Assembly: GCA_963618015.1 (NCBI GenBank)
Contig: CAVEQS010000009.1
Coordinates: forward strand, 419 to 64,418
Direction of reading: 5' to 3'
DNA from: a bacterium
Lineage (GTDB): Bacteria; Bacillota; Clostridia; Oscillospirales; Oscillospiraceae
DNA: 64,000 nucleotides
Below, in pieces: positions 23,635 through 32,800 of this stretch. The notes under the pieces were generated by a model. That model searched no databases and was not told where the DNA came from. It saw only the letters and a list, made by a program, of their open reading frames with translations. Each line of letters opens with the position of its first letter. The first letter of the stretch is position 1. Made by a program: the position numbers and the translations under genes.

Positions 23635-24945
23635 TTATGCCTTGGAATTGATGTTGTAGGTAACGTCACGGATGACCATGGCAAACTCCTGGCTGGCCTG
23701 CATCATGTCTTCGATCTTGCGGATGGAGGCGAGCACCGTGGCGTGGTTTCGGCCTTCAAACTGCGCGCCGATGTCGGTGAGCGCCATGTTTGTGAGATTC
23801 CGGCAGAGATACATGGCGACCTGCCGCGCCGTGGCGGTGTTCTTCTGGCGGGACTGCCCGCGCAGCGCTTCCTCCGAAACGGAGAAGTACCGTGCCGTCT
23901 CCGCAATGATGACGTTCGGCGTGGGGACATAGGTGCCGACGCGGATCACGTCCTTGATCGCGCGGCGGACGCTCGAAACGGTGATGTCGTCCTCTAAAAG
24001 ATCGCGGTAGGCGGTGAGCTTTTTTACAACGCCCTCCAGCTGGCGGATGTTCGATGTGACCGTCTCGCCGATGAACGTTACGACATCGTCCGGCAGCACA
24101 ACGCCGAACTGCGCGGCCTTGTTGCGCGTGATGGCCATGCGCGTTTCCAAATCGGGCGGCTGCACGTCCGCCATAAGGCCCCATTCGAGCCGCGTGCGGA
24201 TTCGATCCTCGAGCTTGTTCATCTCCATCGGTGGCCGGTCGGACGTAACGACGATCTGCTTTCCGGCCTCATAGAGCGTGTTGAACGTATGGAAGAATTC
24301 CTCCTGCGTCTGCTGCTTGCCGGCGATGAACTGGATATCGTCCATCAGCAGAAGATCGGCGCTGCGGTACTTCGCGCGCAGCTCCTCGCCGCCGCCGACC
24401 TGAATGGCGTGAACGAGGTCGTTTGTGAAGTCGTCGCCCTTGACGTATACGATCTTCGCCTTCGGGTTCTTTGCGTGGATGGCGCTGCCGATGGCCAGAA
24501 GAAGGTGCGTTTTGCCGAGGCCGGAGTTGCCGTAAATGAAAAGCGGGTTATAGAGCTTGCCGGGATTTTCCGCCACGGCGATGGCCGCGGCGTGGGCGTA
24601 TTTGTTCGAGGGACCCACGACGAAGTTATCGAACGTGAAGCCCGCGACCTCCGGGAGCGTGTCGTCCGTTTTCGTTTCGGAGATGTAGCTATCGAGCTCG
24701 TCCCCCGCGAGGATCGTCAGCTTGAATTCGGCGGAGAAAAGGTCGCTGAGCGCGTCAATGATCGTCTGCGCGAAGCGGGTCTGGATAATGTCGCGCTTGA
24801 ACTCCGTGGGGGTGTGAATGACGAGCCGGTTATTGACGATCTCGACCGGCGTACAGTCGTCAAACCAAGTGTTCAGCGCCGTGGCGGTCAGATTCTGCCC
24901 GAGAACGGCAAGAACGCTGTTCCATATGTCGTTGAGGGAATTCAT
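23635..24945 (-). CDS. dnaA: Chromosomal replication initiator DnaA
   Basis: Walker A GNSGLGKTHLL, Walker B LLLMDDIQF, C-terminal DNA-binding region GRNHATVLASIRKIE. Start could be 24945 (MNSLNDIW) or 24969. Confidence 0.96.
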   Translation of the reverse strand: MNSLNDIWNSVLAVLGQNLTATALNTWFDDCTPVEIVNNRLVIHTPTEFKRDIIQTRFAQTIIDALSDLFSAEFKLTILAGDELDSYISETKTDDTLPEVAGFTFDNFVVGPSNKYAHAAAIAVAENPGKLYNPLFIYGNSGLGKTHLLLAIGSAIHAKNPKAKIVYVKGDDFTNDLVHAIQVGGGEELRAKYRSADLLLMDDIQFIAGKQQTQEEFFHTFNTLYEAGKQIVVTSDRPPMEMNKLEDRIRTRLEWGLMADVQPPDLETRMAITRNKAAQFGVVLPDDVVTFIGETVTSNIRQLEGVVKKLTAYRDLLEDDITVSSVRRAIKDVIRVGTYVPTPNVIIAETARYFSVSEEALRGQSRQKNTATARQVAMYLCRNLTNMALTDIGAQFEGRNHATVLASIRKIEDMMQASQEFAMVIRDVTYNINSKA

Positions 24946-25014
24946 TCTTTCTCTCTCCTTATGATCCATAAAGCGCCCGGAGGCACTATTATCAGCATTA
25001 TAAAATTATACCAC

Positions 25015-25096
25015 TTTTCCACAATGGTGTAAAGATATATATTAATAATGTAATTACAGTTAATTAAGATAGACAGAATATTACAAATTTAACATA
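25015..25096. promoter_or_regulatory. Upstream oriC part: one DnaA box plus ~65-bp AT-rich tract (candidate DUE / dnaA promoter region)
   Basis: TTTTCCACA at 25015..25023, followed by a nearly pure A/T sequence at 25030..25096 (aaagatatatattaataatgtaattacagttaattaag...). Confidence 0.6.
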
Positions 25097-25230
25097 GCCT
25101 CCCTCGTCAGAGGGAGCCAGAAAACGAAAATTTACGCTTTACGAACATTTTACAACGGCGCGGTGACGGATTTTACACCCCCGGACGTAGAATACTCCCC
25201 GACAAGAAAGTCGGGGAGTATTGTGCTTTT

Positions 25231-26094
25231 ATGAAGAAAAAGCTTTTGGAAAACATCGTAAAATGGATCTTTCTCCTCTGCGGCATCGCGGCAGTAGGAT
25301 TCGTGCTGTGCATCTGCCTGTATCTTGTGATTTCCGGTGTCCCGGCGATCCAGGCAATCGGGCTCTGGAATTTTCTTTTCGGCGAGACGTGGAACGCCCC
25401 GACCAATGAATTCGGGATATTGCCGTTTATCCTCACGAGCATTTACGGCACGGCGGGCGCGCTGCTCCTCGGCGTGCCGCTCGGATTGTTCACGGCGGTG
25501 TTTCTCGCTAAGGCCGCCCCGCCGCGCGTTGCCGCCGCGGCGAGAAGCTGCGTGGCGCTGCTCGCGGGCATCCCCTCGGTCGTGTACGGCCTCGTGGGTA
25601 TGACGGTGCTCGTGCCGCTCGTGCAGAAAACGTTCTCCCTCTCCTCCGGCGCGTGCCTGCTCACGGCCATTCTTGTGCTTACGGTCATGATATTGCCGTA
25701 CATCGTATCCGTTTCGGAAACGGCGCTGCGCGCCGTGCCGCGCGAATACGAGGAAGCCTCCCTCGCGCTCGGCGCAACAAAGGTGGAAACGTGGTTTCTT
25801 GTCTCGCTTAAGGCGGCAAAAAGTGGCGTGATCGCCTCCATCATCCAGGGCACGGGCCGCGCCGTCGGCGAGGCGATGGCGATCCTTATGGTAGCGGGCA
25901 ACGTTGCCAACATGCCGTCGCTCTTTACATCCGTCCGCTTTCTCACAACGGCCATCGTCTCCGAAATGTCCTACGCCGCCTACGGCTCTCTCCAGCGCGA
26001 TGCGCTCTTCTCCGTGGGCCTGGTGCTGTTTCTCTTCATTCTTCTCATTAACGCCGCGCTGCGGCTTCTCAGCGAAAGGAGCGAAAAGGCATGA
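25231..26094 (+). CDS. pstC: Phosphate ABC transporter permease PstC
   Basis: 287 aa. FGILPFILTSIYGT and LLAGIPSVVYGL are PstC-type motifs. Followed by pstA and pstB. Confidence 0.92.
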   Translation: MKKKLLENIVKWIFLLCGIAAVGFVLCICLYLVISGVPAIQAIGLWNFLFGETWNAPTNEFGILPFILTSIYGTAGALLLGVPLGLFTAVFLAKAAPPRVAAAARSCVALLAGIPSVVYGLVGMTVLVPLVQKTFSLSSGACLLTAILVLTVMILPYIVSVSETALRAVPREYEEASLALGATKVETWFLVSLKAAKSGVIASIIQGTGRAVGEAMAILMVAGNVANMPSLFTSVRFLTTAIVSEMSYAAYGSLQRDALFSVGLVLFLFILLINAALRLLSERSEKA

Positions 26095-26924
26095 GAAAGC
26101 TCCGGGAGATTTTCTTGAAAGCCGCTCTCATCGCCGCGGCGGTGATCACCGGCGGTATTCTGCTCTTCCTGATCGGGATCATTGTAAAGCGCGGTCTGCC
26201 GCAGCTGAGCTGGTCGTTCCTCACGACGGCGACGAGCTATCTGGCCGGGACGACAGGTATCCTCCCCAACATCTGCAACACGCTCTATCTCATTCTCATC
26301 GCGATGGGCGTGGCGCTGCCGCTCGGCGTTGGCGCGGCGGTATACATCACCGAATACGCGGAAAATCCCCGCATCGTGCGGCTCATCAGCTTTGCCGCCG
26401 AAACGCTCACGGGCATCCCGTCCATTCTCTTCGGCCTCATCGGCATGCTATTTTTCATTAAGCTCGGCGGACTCAAGCAGGGCGTTCTCGCCGGCGGCCT
26501 TACGCTCGCGCTCATGGTGCTCCCCACGGTTATGGCGAACACGCGCGAGAGCCTGCTCGCCGTGCCGAGAGCTTACCGTGAAGGCGCTCTCGCGCTCGGC
26601 AGCGGCAAGTGGCACATGGTGCGTACCGTTGTGCTGCCAAACGCCGTGGACGGCATTGTGACCGGCTGCATCCTCTCCGTCGGACGTATCACCGGCGAGA
26701 GCGCGGCGCTCCTCTTCACCGCGGGCTTCGGTCTGCGGCTGCTGGAATTCAAAGCGGCGCTCGAATCCTCCTCGGCGTCGCTTTCCGTGGCGCTCTATCT
26801 TTACGCAAGCGAGCAGGGCAAGTTTGACATTGCCTTCGGCATCGCGGCGGTGCTGCTCGTGCTGACGCTCGCGCTCAATCTTCTCGCCTCGCTCACGGCG
26901 GGCAAGGCCAGAAAGGAACGGTAA
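26091..26924 (+). CDS. pstA: Phosphate ABC transporter permease PstA
   Basis: 277 aa. AVYITEYAENPRIVRLISFAAETLTGIPSILFGL. ATGA overlap with pstC. Confidence 0.92.
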   Translation: MRKLREIFLKAALIAAAVITGGILLFLIGIIVKRGLPQLSWSFLTTATSYLAGTTGILPNICNTLYLILIAMGVALPLGVGAAVYITEYAENPRIVRLISFAAETLTGIPSILFGLIGMLFFIKLGGLKQGVLAGGLTLALMVLPTVMANTRESLLAVPRAYREGALALGSGKWHMVRTVVLPNAVDGIVTGCILSVGRITGESAALLFTAGFGLRLLEFKAALESSSASLSVALYLYASEQGKFDIAFGIAAVLLVLTLALNLLASLTAGKARKER

Positions 26925-26930
26925 AAATTT

Positions 26931-27686
26931 ATGGAACCCATTCTGCAAACAAAAAAGCTCGACCTTCGCTACGGCGCGTTTCAGGCGCTCTACGGCATCG
27001 ATACGGACATCTTCCCCAACGAGATCACGGCGCTCATCGGCCCCTCCGGCTGCGGCAAATCCACGTATCTCAAAACGCTCAACCGCATGAACGATCTCGT
27101 GCCGGGCTGCAAGATCGACGGCGCGGTGCTCTTCCACGGCCACAACGTTTACGGCGATAAGATCGACGTTACGGAGCTTCGCAGCCGCATCGGCATGGTA
27201 TTCCAGAAGCCGAACCCGTTCCCGATGAGCATTTACGATAACATCGCCTACGCGCCCCGCCTGCACGGCGTGCGCGGCCGCGCGGAGCTCGACGAGATCG
27301 TCGAGAAATCGCTCAAAAGCGCCGCCATCTGGGACGAGACGAAAGATAAGCTCAAAAAGAGCGCCCTCGGCCTCTCCGGCGGCCAGCAGCAGAGACTCTG
27401 CATTGCCCGCGCTCTCGCCGCCGAGCCGGAAGTACTGCTGATGGACGAGCCGACGAGCGCGCTCGACCCCATTTCCACCGGGCGCATCGAAGAGCTCGCG
27501 CTCGAGCTCAAAAAGACATACACCATCGTTATCGTCACGCACAACATGCAGCAGGCCGCGCGTATTTCGGATAAGACGGCGTTTTTCCTGCTTGGCAAGC
27601 TCGTGGAGATGGACGACACGGCGAAGATCTTTAATGAAGCCGAAGATCCCCGCACACGGGATTATGTCCAGGGCAAATTCGGCTAA
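26931..27686 (+). CDS. pstB: Phosphate ABC transporter ATP-binding protein PstB
   Basis: [41 protein letters not shown]; 251 aa. Confidence 0.95.
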   Translation: MEPILQTKKLDLRYGAFQALYGIDTDIFPNEITALIGPSGCGKSTYLKTLNRMNDLVPGCKIDGAVLFHGHNVYGDKIDVTELRSRIGMVFQKPNPFPMSIYDNIAYAPRLHGVRGRAELDEIVEKSLKSAAIWDETKDKLKKSALGLSGGQQQRLCIARALAAEPEVLLMDEPTSALDPISTGRIEELALELKKTYTIVIVTHNMQQAARISDKTAFFLLGKLVEMDDTAKIFNEAEDPRTRDYVQGKFG

Positions 27687-27696
27687 TAAACAAAAA

Positions 27697-27926
27697 GGCT
27701 CCCTCACCAGAGGGAGCCTTCTGAGCAAAGCAAAAGGATTTGTTGTAAACCCCTCAGCCAGCTTCGCTGCCAGCTCCCCTATTAGGGGAGCCAAGTGGGT
27801 TTGCAGAAAACGATCTTGCCTCCCCTAAAACCGGAGGTTTTGACGGAGGGGTTGTCGTTTTCCGAAGACTACAATCCCTCAGTCTCGCTTCGCTCGACAG
27901 CTCCCTTTACACAAGGGAGCCTTTTT
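27697..27926. repeat. Repeat cluster R6: hp2-like hairpin ; A1> spacer <B1(internally deleted) spacer A2/3>
   Basis: GGCTCCCTCaccaGAGGGAGCC at 27697..27718, then an A1 module at 27747..27795. A truncated B module lacking one hp2 arm follows at 27815..27853. It ends with ACAATCCCTCAGTCTCGCttcgCTCGACAGCTCCCTTTacacAAGGGAGCCTTTTT (27871..27926), which stops 3 nt before the PsuG-like stop codon. Confidence 0.8.
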
Positions 27927-27929
27927 GTT

Positions 27930-28574
27930 TTATACCGCCGAGATCTTTCTCTTGATATCCATCGCCACGGCGGAGGCCTTCTCGGCAATATCGCCGAGCG
28001 TGTCGCCGCAGGGGATGACCGTGCACTCGTTCACTTCCAAATCGCGCTGCACGAGATAGGCGTCTGCAAGCTCCTCCGCGGGCAGACGTAGCACCGGCAC
28101 GCCGCGCGAGGAAAAGAGCAGCGCTTTGTCCGGCGAGACCTTCCCGCAGAACACGAGCCGTGAAGAGCCGGAGAGCGCGTCCAGATCGGCGAGAGAATCG
28201 CGCAGCCCCGGCGCCATGACCGGGATGATACCCGCCATGCGCGCAATGGCCAGCGTAGCGGAGGGACCCGTGCCGGAGGTAGACCCGCCGCCGACGAGCG
28301 CGGGGATCTGCGAGCGCGTGCAGCTGCCGCCGCTGCGGCAGAGCGTTTCCATATCCTGTTTGGAAAGGCCGGCCTTGAGCCGCCCGTTCACGATGCCGAC
28401 GCAGCACGGCACGCAGTCGCGCCGGTAAAACGCCTGCTCGCACTCCTGCAGCGCCTCTAAATTGCGCGGGTACGGCAGCTGCATGAAAAATCCGGTCTCG
28501 ATGGCGATGATCGGCGTTCCCGCCTTGAGCGACGCCAGCACCGGCGGACACATATCCAGATATTTGCTTGCCAT
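27930..28574 (-). CDS. Short, divergent pseudouridine-5'-phosphate glycosidase (PsuG/IndA)-like protein
   Basis: PIIAIETGFFMQLPYPRNLEALQECEQAFYRRDCVPCCVGIVNGRLKAGLSKQDMETLC parallels the PsuG N-terminus (VALESTIIsHGmPYPqN...G.vPAtiai.dG...vGLs.eEle.L). It is only about 214 aa and the GGIGGVHRG-type motif is replaced. Start set to the ATG behind GGAGGAGG (MASKYLDM). Confidence 0.6.
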   Translation of the reverse strand: MASKYLDMCPPVLASLKAGTPIIAIETGFFMQLPYPRNLEALQECEQAFYRRDCVPCCVGIVNGRLKAGLSKQDMETLCRSGGSCTRSQIPALVGGGSTSGTGPSATLAIARMAGIIPVMAPGLRDSLADLDALSGSSRLVFCGKVSPDKALLFSSRGVPVLRLPAEELADAYLVQRDLEVNECTVIPCGDTLGDIAEKASAVAMDIKRKISAV

Positions 28575-28596
28575 AGAGATTGCCTCCTCCATATTC

Positions 28597-28724
28597 AAGC
28601 CTCCCTTGTGTAAAGGGAGGTGTCACGGCGCGCAGCGCCGTGACGGAGGGATTGTCATTTTCTTGAGACTACAATCCCCCAGTCAGCTTTGCTGACAGCC
28701 CCCTTTGCACAAGGGGGCCTTTTT
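28597..28724. repeat. Repeat cluster R7: <B2 spacer A2> (type-2 composite)
   Basis: AAGCCTCCCTTgtgtAAAGGGAGGTGTCACGGCGCgcaGCGCCGTGACGGAGGGATTGT, a 16-nt spacer, then ACAATCCCCCAGTCAGCtttGCTGACAGCCCCCTTTgcacAAGGGGGCCTTTTT. Confidence 0.85.
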
Positions 28725-28848
28725 CAAACATTTATGATACCGTAAAAGCACAAAAAATGCAATACCGCGGAAAATTCCCGGCTTGTTCATGCATTTGTCA
28801 CAACTCCTCGCTATAATAGGGTCAAAATCTTGGAGAGGAGCGGCAGGT

Positions 28849-29574
28849 ATGAGCGAAAAACCCATGCGCGAACGATCCGTCGGCTTTACCGACGCAAGCT
28901 ATATACGGCAGGACGACGCGCCGAACACGCCGCGCTGCTACTCTTTTTCGGACGAAAGATCGTCCAGCTCGAAGAAGACGGTCTCGCCGCTCCGCGTGGC
29001 GGGGCTCTGTCTCGTGTTTTTTGTGCTCGGCTCGCTGCTCACCTCGGCGCTCTCCGATGCGGAAACGCCTTCCGCGTCCGTCAAGTCCGCCGTTCCTTCC
29101 GCCTCGCCGGAGGCCGTTTTGCCCGCATCGGACATTTCCGGCAGCGCGGCGATCTCCGCCGCCGTAAATGCCGATACGCCCCCCTCCGCGACGAGCGCCC
29201 CCACCGGGGAGCGCCCTTATCTCGGCATGATCGTCCAGACCGTGAGCTGCGCTGCGGCGGAGTATTATAACCGCTCGGACAGCAACGCCATGGTGCCCGG
29301 CGTGCAGGTCTATGCCGTGGAGGACGGCGGCCCGGCGTGTCTCGCGGGGCTTTGCAGCGGCGACATCATCATCCGGCTCGACGGCACCGACATTGTCTCC
29401 GCCGCCGATCTCACCGCCGCGGAAAACACTCTCAGCCCCGGCCAGGAAGCGGTGCTCACCGTCTACCGCGCCGGAGAATACCGGGAGATCCCGGTCATCT
29501 TCGGCAAGCTTCCCGAAGAGTGCGGCGAAGAGGACGTGGACGAAGCCTGGTGTGATTTTGATAACGCTTGGTAA
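28849..29574 (+). CDS. Membrane-anchored PDZ-domain protein
   Basis: Start at MSEKPMRE behind GGAGAGGAG. Single TM (LRVAGLCLVFFVLGSLL), a Ser/Ala/Pro-rich linker, a PDZ-like PGVQVYAVEDGGPACLAGLCSGDIIIRLDG, and an acidic C-terminus. Confidence 0.7.
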   Translation: MSEKPMRERSVGFTDASYIRQDDAPNTPRCYSFSDERSSSSKKTVSPLRVAGLCLVFFVLGSLLTSALSDAETPSASVKSAVPSASPEAVLPASDISGSAAISAAVNADTPPSATSAPTGERPYLGMIVQTVSCAAAEYYNRSDSNAMVPGVQVYAVEDGGPACLAGLCSGDIIIRLDGTDIVSAADLTAAENTLSPGQEAVLTVYRAGEYREIPVIFGKLPEECGEEDVDEAWCDFDNAW

Positions 29575-29579
29575 TAATC

Positions 29580-29787
29580 GGCTCCCTCTTTGAGGGAGCC
29601 GTCGAGCGCAGCGAGACTGAGGGAGTAACTCCTTTCGTCTCGCCTTCGGCGAGCCACCTTCCTCAAAGAGGAAGGCAAGCCGGTTATCGTAAAACTTTCT
29701 TGGCTCCCCTCGTTAGGGAAGCTGGCGCGGCGCGCAGCGCCGTGACTGAGGGGTTTCTACCTCCCCGTATTCCGGGGAGGCTTTTTT
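29580..29787. repeat. Repeat cluster R8: <A3 B3> spacer <A1 ; terminal terminator hairpin
   Basis: GGCTCCCTCtttgAGGGAGCC...GACTGAGGGAGT | AACTCCTTTCGTCTCGCCttcGGCGAGCCACCTTCCTCaaaGAGGAAGGCAAG | spacer | CTTGGCTCCCCTcgttAGGGAAGC...GACTGAGGGGTTT, then CCTCCCCGtattCCGGGGAGGCTTTTTT. It starts 5 nt after the PDZ gene stop. Confidence 0.85.
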
Positions 29788-29825
29788 CTTGCAAACGACA
29801 CGAAAAAGGTGTATTCTCTATACTT

Positions 29826-32800
29826 ATGGACGCCATAATCAAAGCCATAGGAAAGACACCCTCCCTTGCTACCCTCCCCCTGAGGGTTGAGGAGGGTTAT
29901 TTGCCTGCCCTTTTGACCCAATCGGGCGGCGCGATGCGCGCTCTCGGCGCGGCGATGCTCCGCCGCGAGACCGACCGACCCATTTTCGTTCTCTGCACCG
30001 ATGATTCAAACGCCGGAACCCTCGCCGCCGATCTCGAAGCGCTGCTCGGCGAGAGCGTTGTGCAGCTCACGGGGCGCGATCTTGCGCTGCGCGATATCGA
30101 GGTCGTCTCCCGGCAGGAGGAGCAGCGGCGGCTGCGCGCGCTCGACGCGCTCTATGCCGGCGCTTCGGTCGCGGTATGCACCGTTTCCGGCCTTTTGCAG
30201 CGCACGCTGCCGCCGGATATTCTGGAAAACGCCGCCTTTACGCTCCGCGTCGGCGAGGGCGAGGGCCCGGAAGCGCTGGAGCCGCGCCTGCTCGCGTGCG
30301 GCTACCGCCGCAGCGACATGGTGGAGGGCCCCGGCCAATTTTCGCGCCGCGGCGGCATTCTCGATATCTTCTCCCCCGGCGCGGAGCGCCCGGTGCGCGC
30401 CGAGTTCTGGGGCGACGAGATCGACTCCATGGGCTTTTTCGATACCGACACGCAGCGCCGCACGGAGAATGTCGAATCATTCCGCGTGCTGCCCGCGTGT
30501 GAAGCGCTCGTCGACCCAAACCGCGCCGAGAGCATCGCCAAGGCGCTTTTGAGCCGCGCTGCTCGCGCCGAGCGGCGCGAGCAGGGGGAGCTTGCCCGCC
30601 GTCTTCGCCGCGATGCCGAGCGCGTTTCCTCCGGCGCGCCCCTGCCGTGGAGCGACCGGTATCTCCCGGAATTATACTCAGAGTATTCAACGGCGCTCGA
30701 TTTCATCGCGCCGGACGCCATATTTTATATCGATGCGCCGAACCGCTGCGCCGAGAAAGCCAAGGACATTGCCGACTCTCTCGCGGACGATCTGAAAATT
30801 TTGCGCGAGGGCGCATTCCCGGTCGTGGACACGGGAGATTACCTCCTGCCGTGGAAGGACGCCTGTGAAAAGATTGCGGATTTCGCGGTCGTGATGGCGG
30901 ACGCCTTCAGCGCGGGGCGCTATCCCCTCTCTCCCCGGTCGGTGCTCGATACGAACGTCCGCCAGCTGCCCAGCTACGGCGGCAGCGCGGAAACGGCGCT
31001 CGCCGATGTGCAGCGGTATCTCGAAAACGGCTTTCGCGTTGTGGTGTTCGCCTCGGACGAGCGCCGGGCGGACGTGCTTGCCTCGATGCTCGAGCGCAAT
31101 GGCATACCGCCGCTGCGCGGCTTCCCGAACGGCGCTCTGCCGCCGGAGGGGCGCGCCACCGTCGCGGTGGGGGCGCTCTCCGCGGGACTCGAAGCGCCGG
31201 AGGCACATCTTGCCGTATTGACCGATACGCAGATTGCCGCGGGCGCGCTGCGAAGCCGCAAGCGAAAGCGCGCCATGGCGGATCGCGAAAAGCTCGGCTC
31301 CTGCGCCGATCTCTCCGTCGGCGATCTCGTCGTGCACGAGCACCACGGCATCGGCCGCTTTGCCGGCATTTTCAAGCTGCCGGTGGACGGCGTCGAGAAG
31401 GACTACATTAAAATATGCTACGCCGGGTCGGACAGCCTGTACGTTCCGGCGACGCAGCTCGACCTTGTGTCGAAATACATCGGCGGCGGCGAAGATCGCC
31501 CCGTGAAGCTCTCGCGCATGGGCGGCGCGGAGTGGAAAAAGACGACGACGCGCGCCAAGGCCGCGGCCAAGGAGCTCGCTGCCGAACTCACGAAGCTCTA
31601 TGCCGCGCGCGCCCGCACGCCGGGCTTCGCGTTCTCGCCGGACAGCCCGTGGCAGACCGAGTTTGAGGAGTCGTTCGGCTATGCCGAAACGGACGACCAG
31701 CTCCGGTGCATTCAGGAGATCAAGGACGACATGGAAAAGGCCGTGCCGATGGATCGCCTGCTCTGCGGCGACGTCGGCTATGGCAAAACGGAAGTCGCGA
31801 TGCGCGCGGCGATGAAGTGCATTCTGGACGGCAAGCAGTGCGCCATTCTCGTCCCCACCACGGTGCTCGCCCGCCAGCATTACCAGACCGCGATGCGCCG
31901 CTTCTTCGGCTACCCGGTCGAGATCGCGCTCCTCTCGCGCTACAGCACGCCCAGCCAGAAAAAGGACATTCTCAAAAAGACACTCGCCGGCAGCATCGAT
32001 CTTCTCATCGGCACGCACAGCCTGCTGCAAAAGAGCGTCGCCTTCCGTGACCTCGGCCTTCTCATCGTGGACGAGGAGCAGCGCTTCGGCGTGACGCACA
32101 AGGAAAAGCTCAAGGAAATGTCGAAGGGCGTCGACGTATTGACGCTCTCTGCTACGCCCATCCCGCGCACGCTCAACATGGCGCTCTCGGGACTGCGCAG
32201 CATGTCCACCATCGAGGAGCCGCCGCGCGACCGCCAGCCGGTGCAGACGTTCGTGATGGAGCAGGACGAAAAGGCCGTGTGCGACGCCATCCGGCGCGAG
32301 CTTCTGCGCGGCGGACAGGTGTACTATCTCCACAACCGCGTGGAAAACATCGAGCACGTGGCGCTGCGGCTGCAAAAGCAGCTCGGCGGCGGGGTCTCCG
32401 TCGGCGTGGCGCACGGCAAGATGGACGAGGAACAGCTCTCCCGCGTTATGGACGATATGGTCGAGGGAAAAATTCAGGTGCTCGTCTGTACAACGATCAT
32501 CGAGACCGGCATCGATATCCCGAACGTCAACACCCTTATTGTGGAGGACGCCGACCGGCTCGGCCTTGCCCAGCTCCACCAGCTGCGCGGCCGCGTCGGG
32601 CGCAGCGCGCGGCGCGCGAGCGCCTATCTTCTCTACCGCCCGAGCAAGGCACTCACGGAGATCGCCGAAAAGCGCCTCACTGCCATCCGCGAGTTTGCCG
32701 AGTTCAACGCCGGCTTCCAGATCGCCATGCGCGATTTGGAAATTCGCGGCGCGGGCAACCTTCTCGGCGCGGAGCAGTCGGGCCACATGATGGACGTTGG

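Noticed and set aside
25097-25118. Solo hairpin GCCTCCCTC-gtca-GAGGGAGCC in the oriC-proximal region, as a repeat-family member.
   Set aside because: It resembles an hp2 stem only. It lacks the terminus, hp1 and linker motifs, so I did not count it as a module.
26448-27794. 448-aa minus-strand ORF beginning MAPLIGELAAKLAEGF, plus other ORFs seeded in repeats (2957..3439, 3147..3437, 9548..9829, 27795..28091, 49936..50148, 60070..60429).
   Set aside because: Their starts or ends are translations of the palindromic repeat modules (LGSPIRGA, PLIGEL, LTEGF peptides recur in different frames). The remainder is antisense to pstAB or other real genes.
29568-29825. ORF-track N-terminal extensions of mfd (29568), the PPIase (32876), gerxC (949), the ABC exporter (15797), the nucleotidyltransferase (42018), the sugar ATPase (43159), parA (55872) and the TAXI protein (53251).
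   Set aside because: The extensions overlap upstream genes or read through repeat clusters and lack RBSs. Internal ATGs with good RBSs give N-termini that match the families (signal peptides, Walker motifs near the N-terminus).
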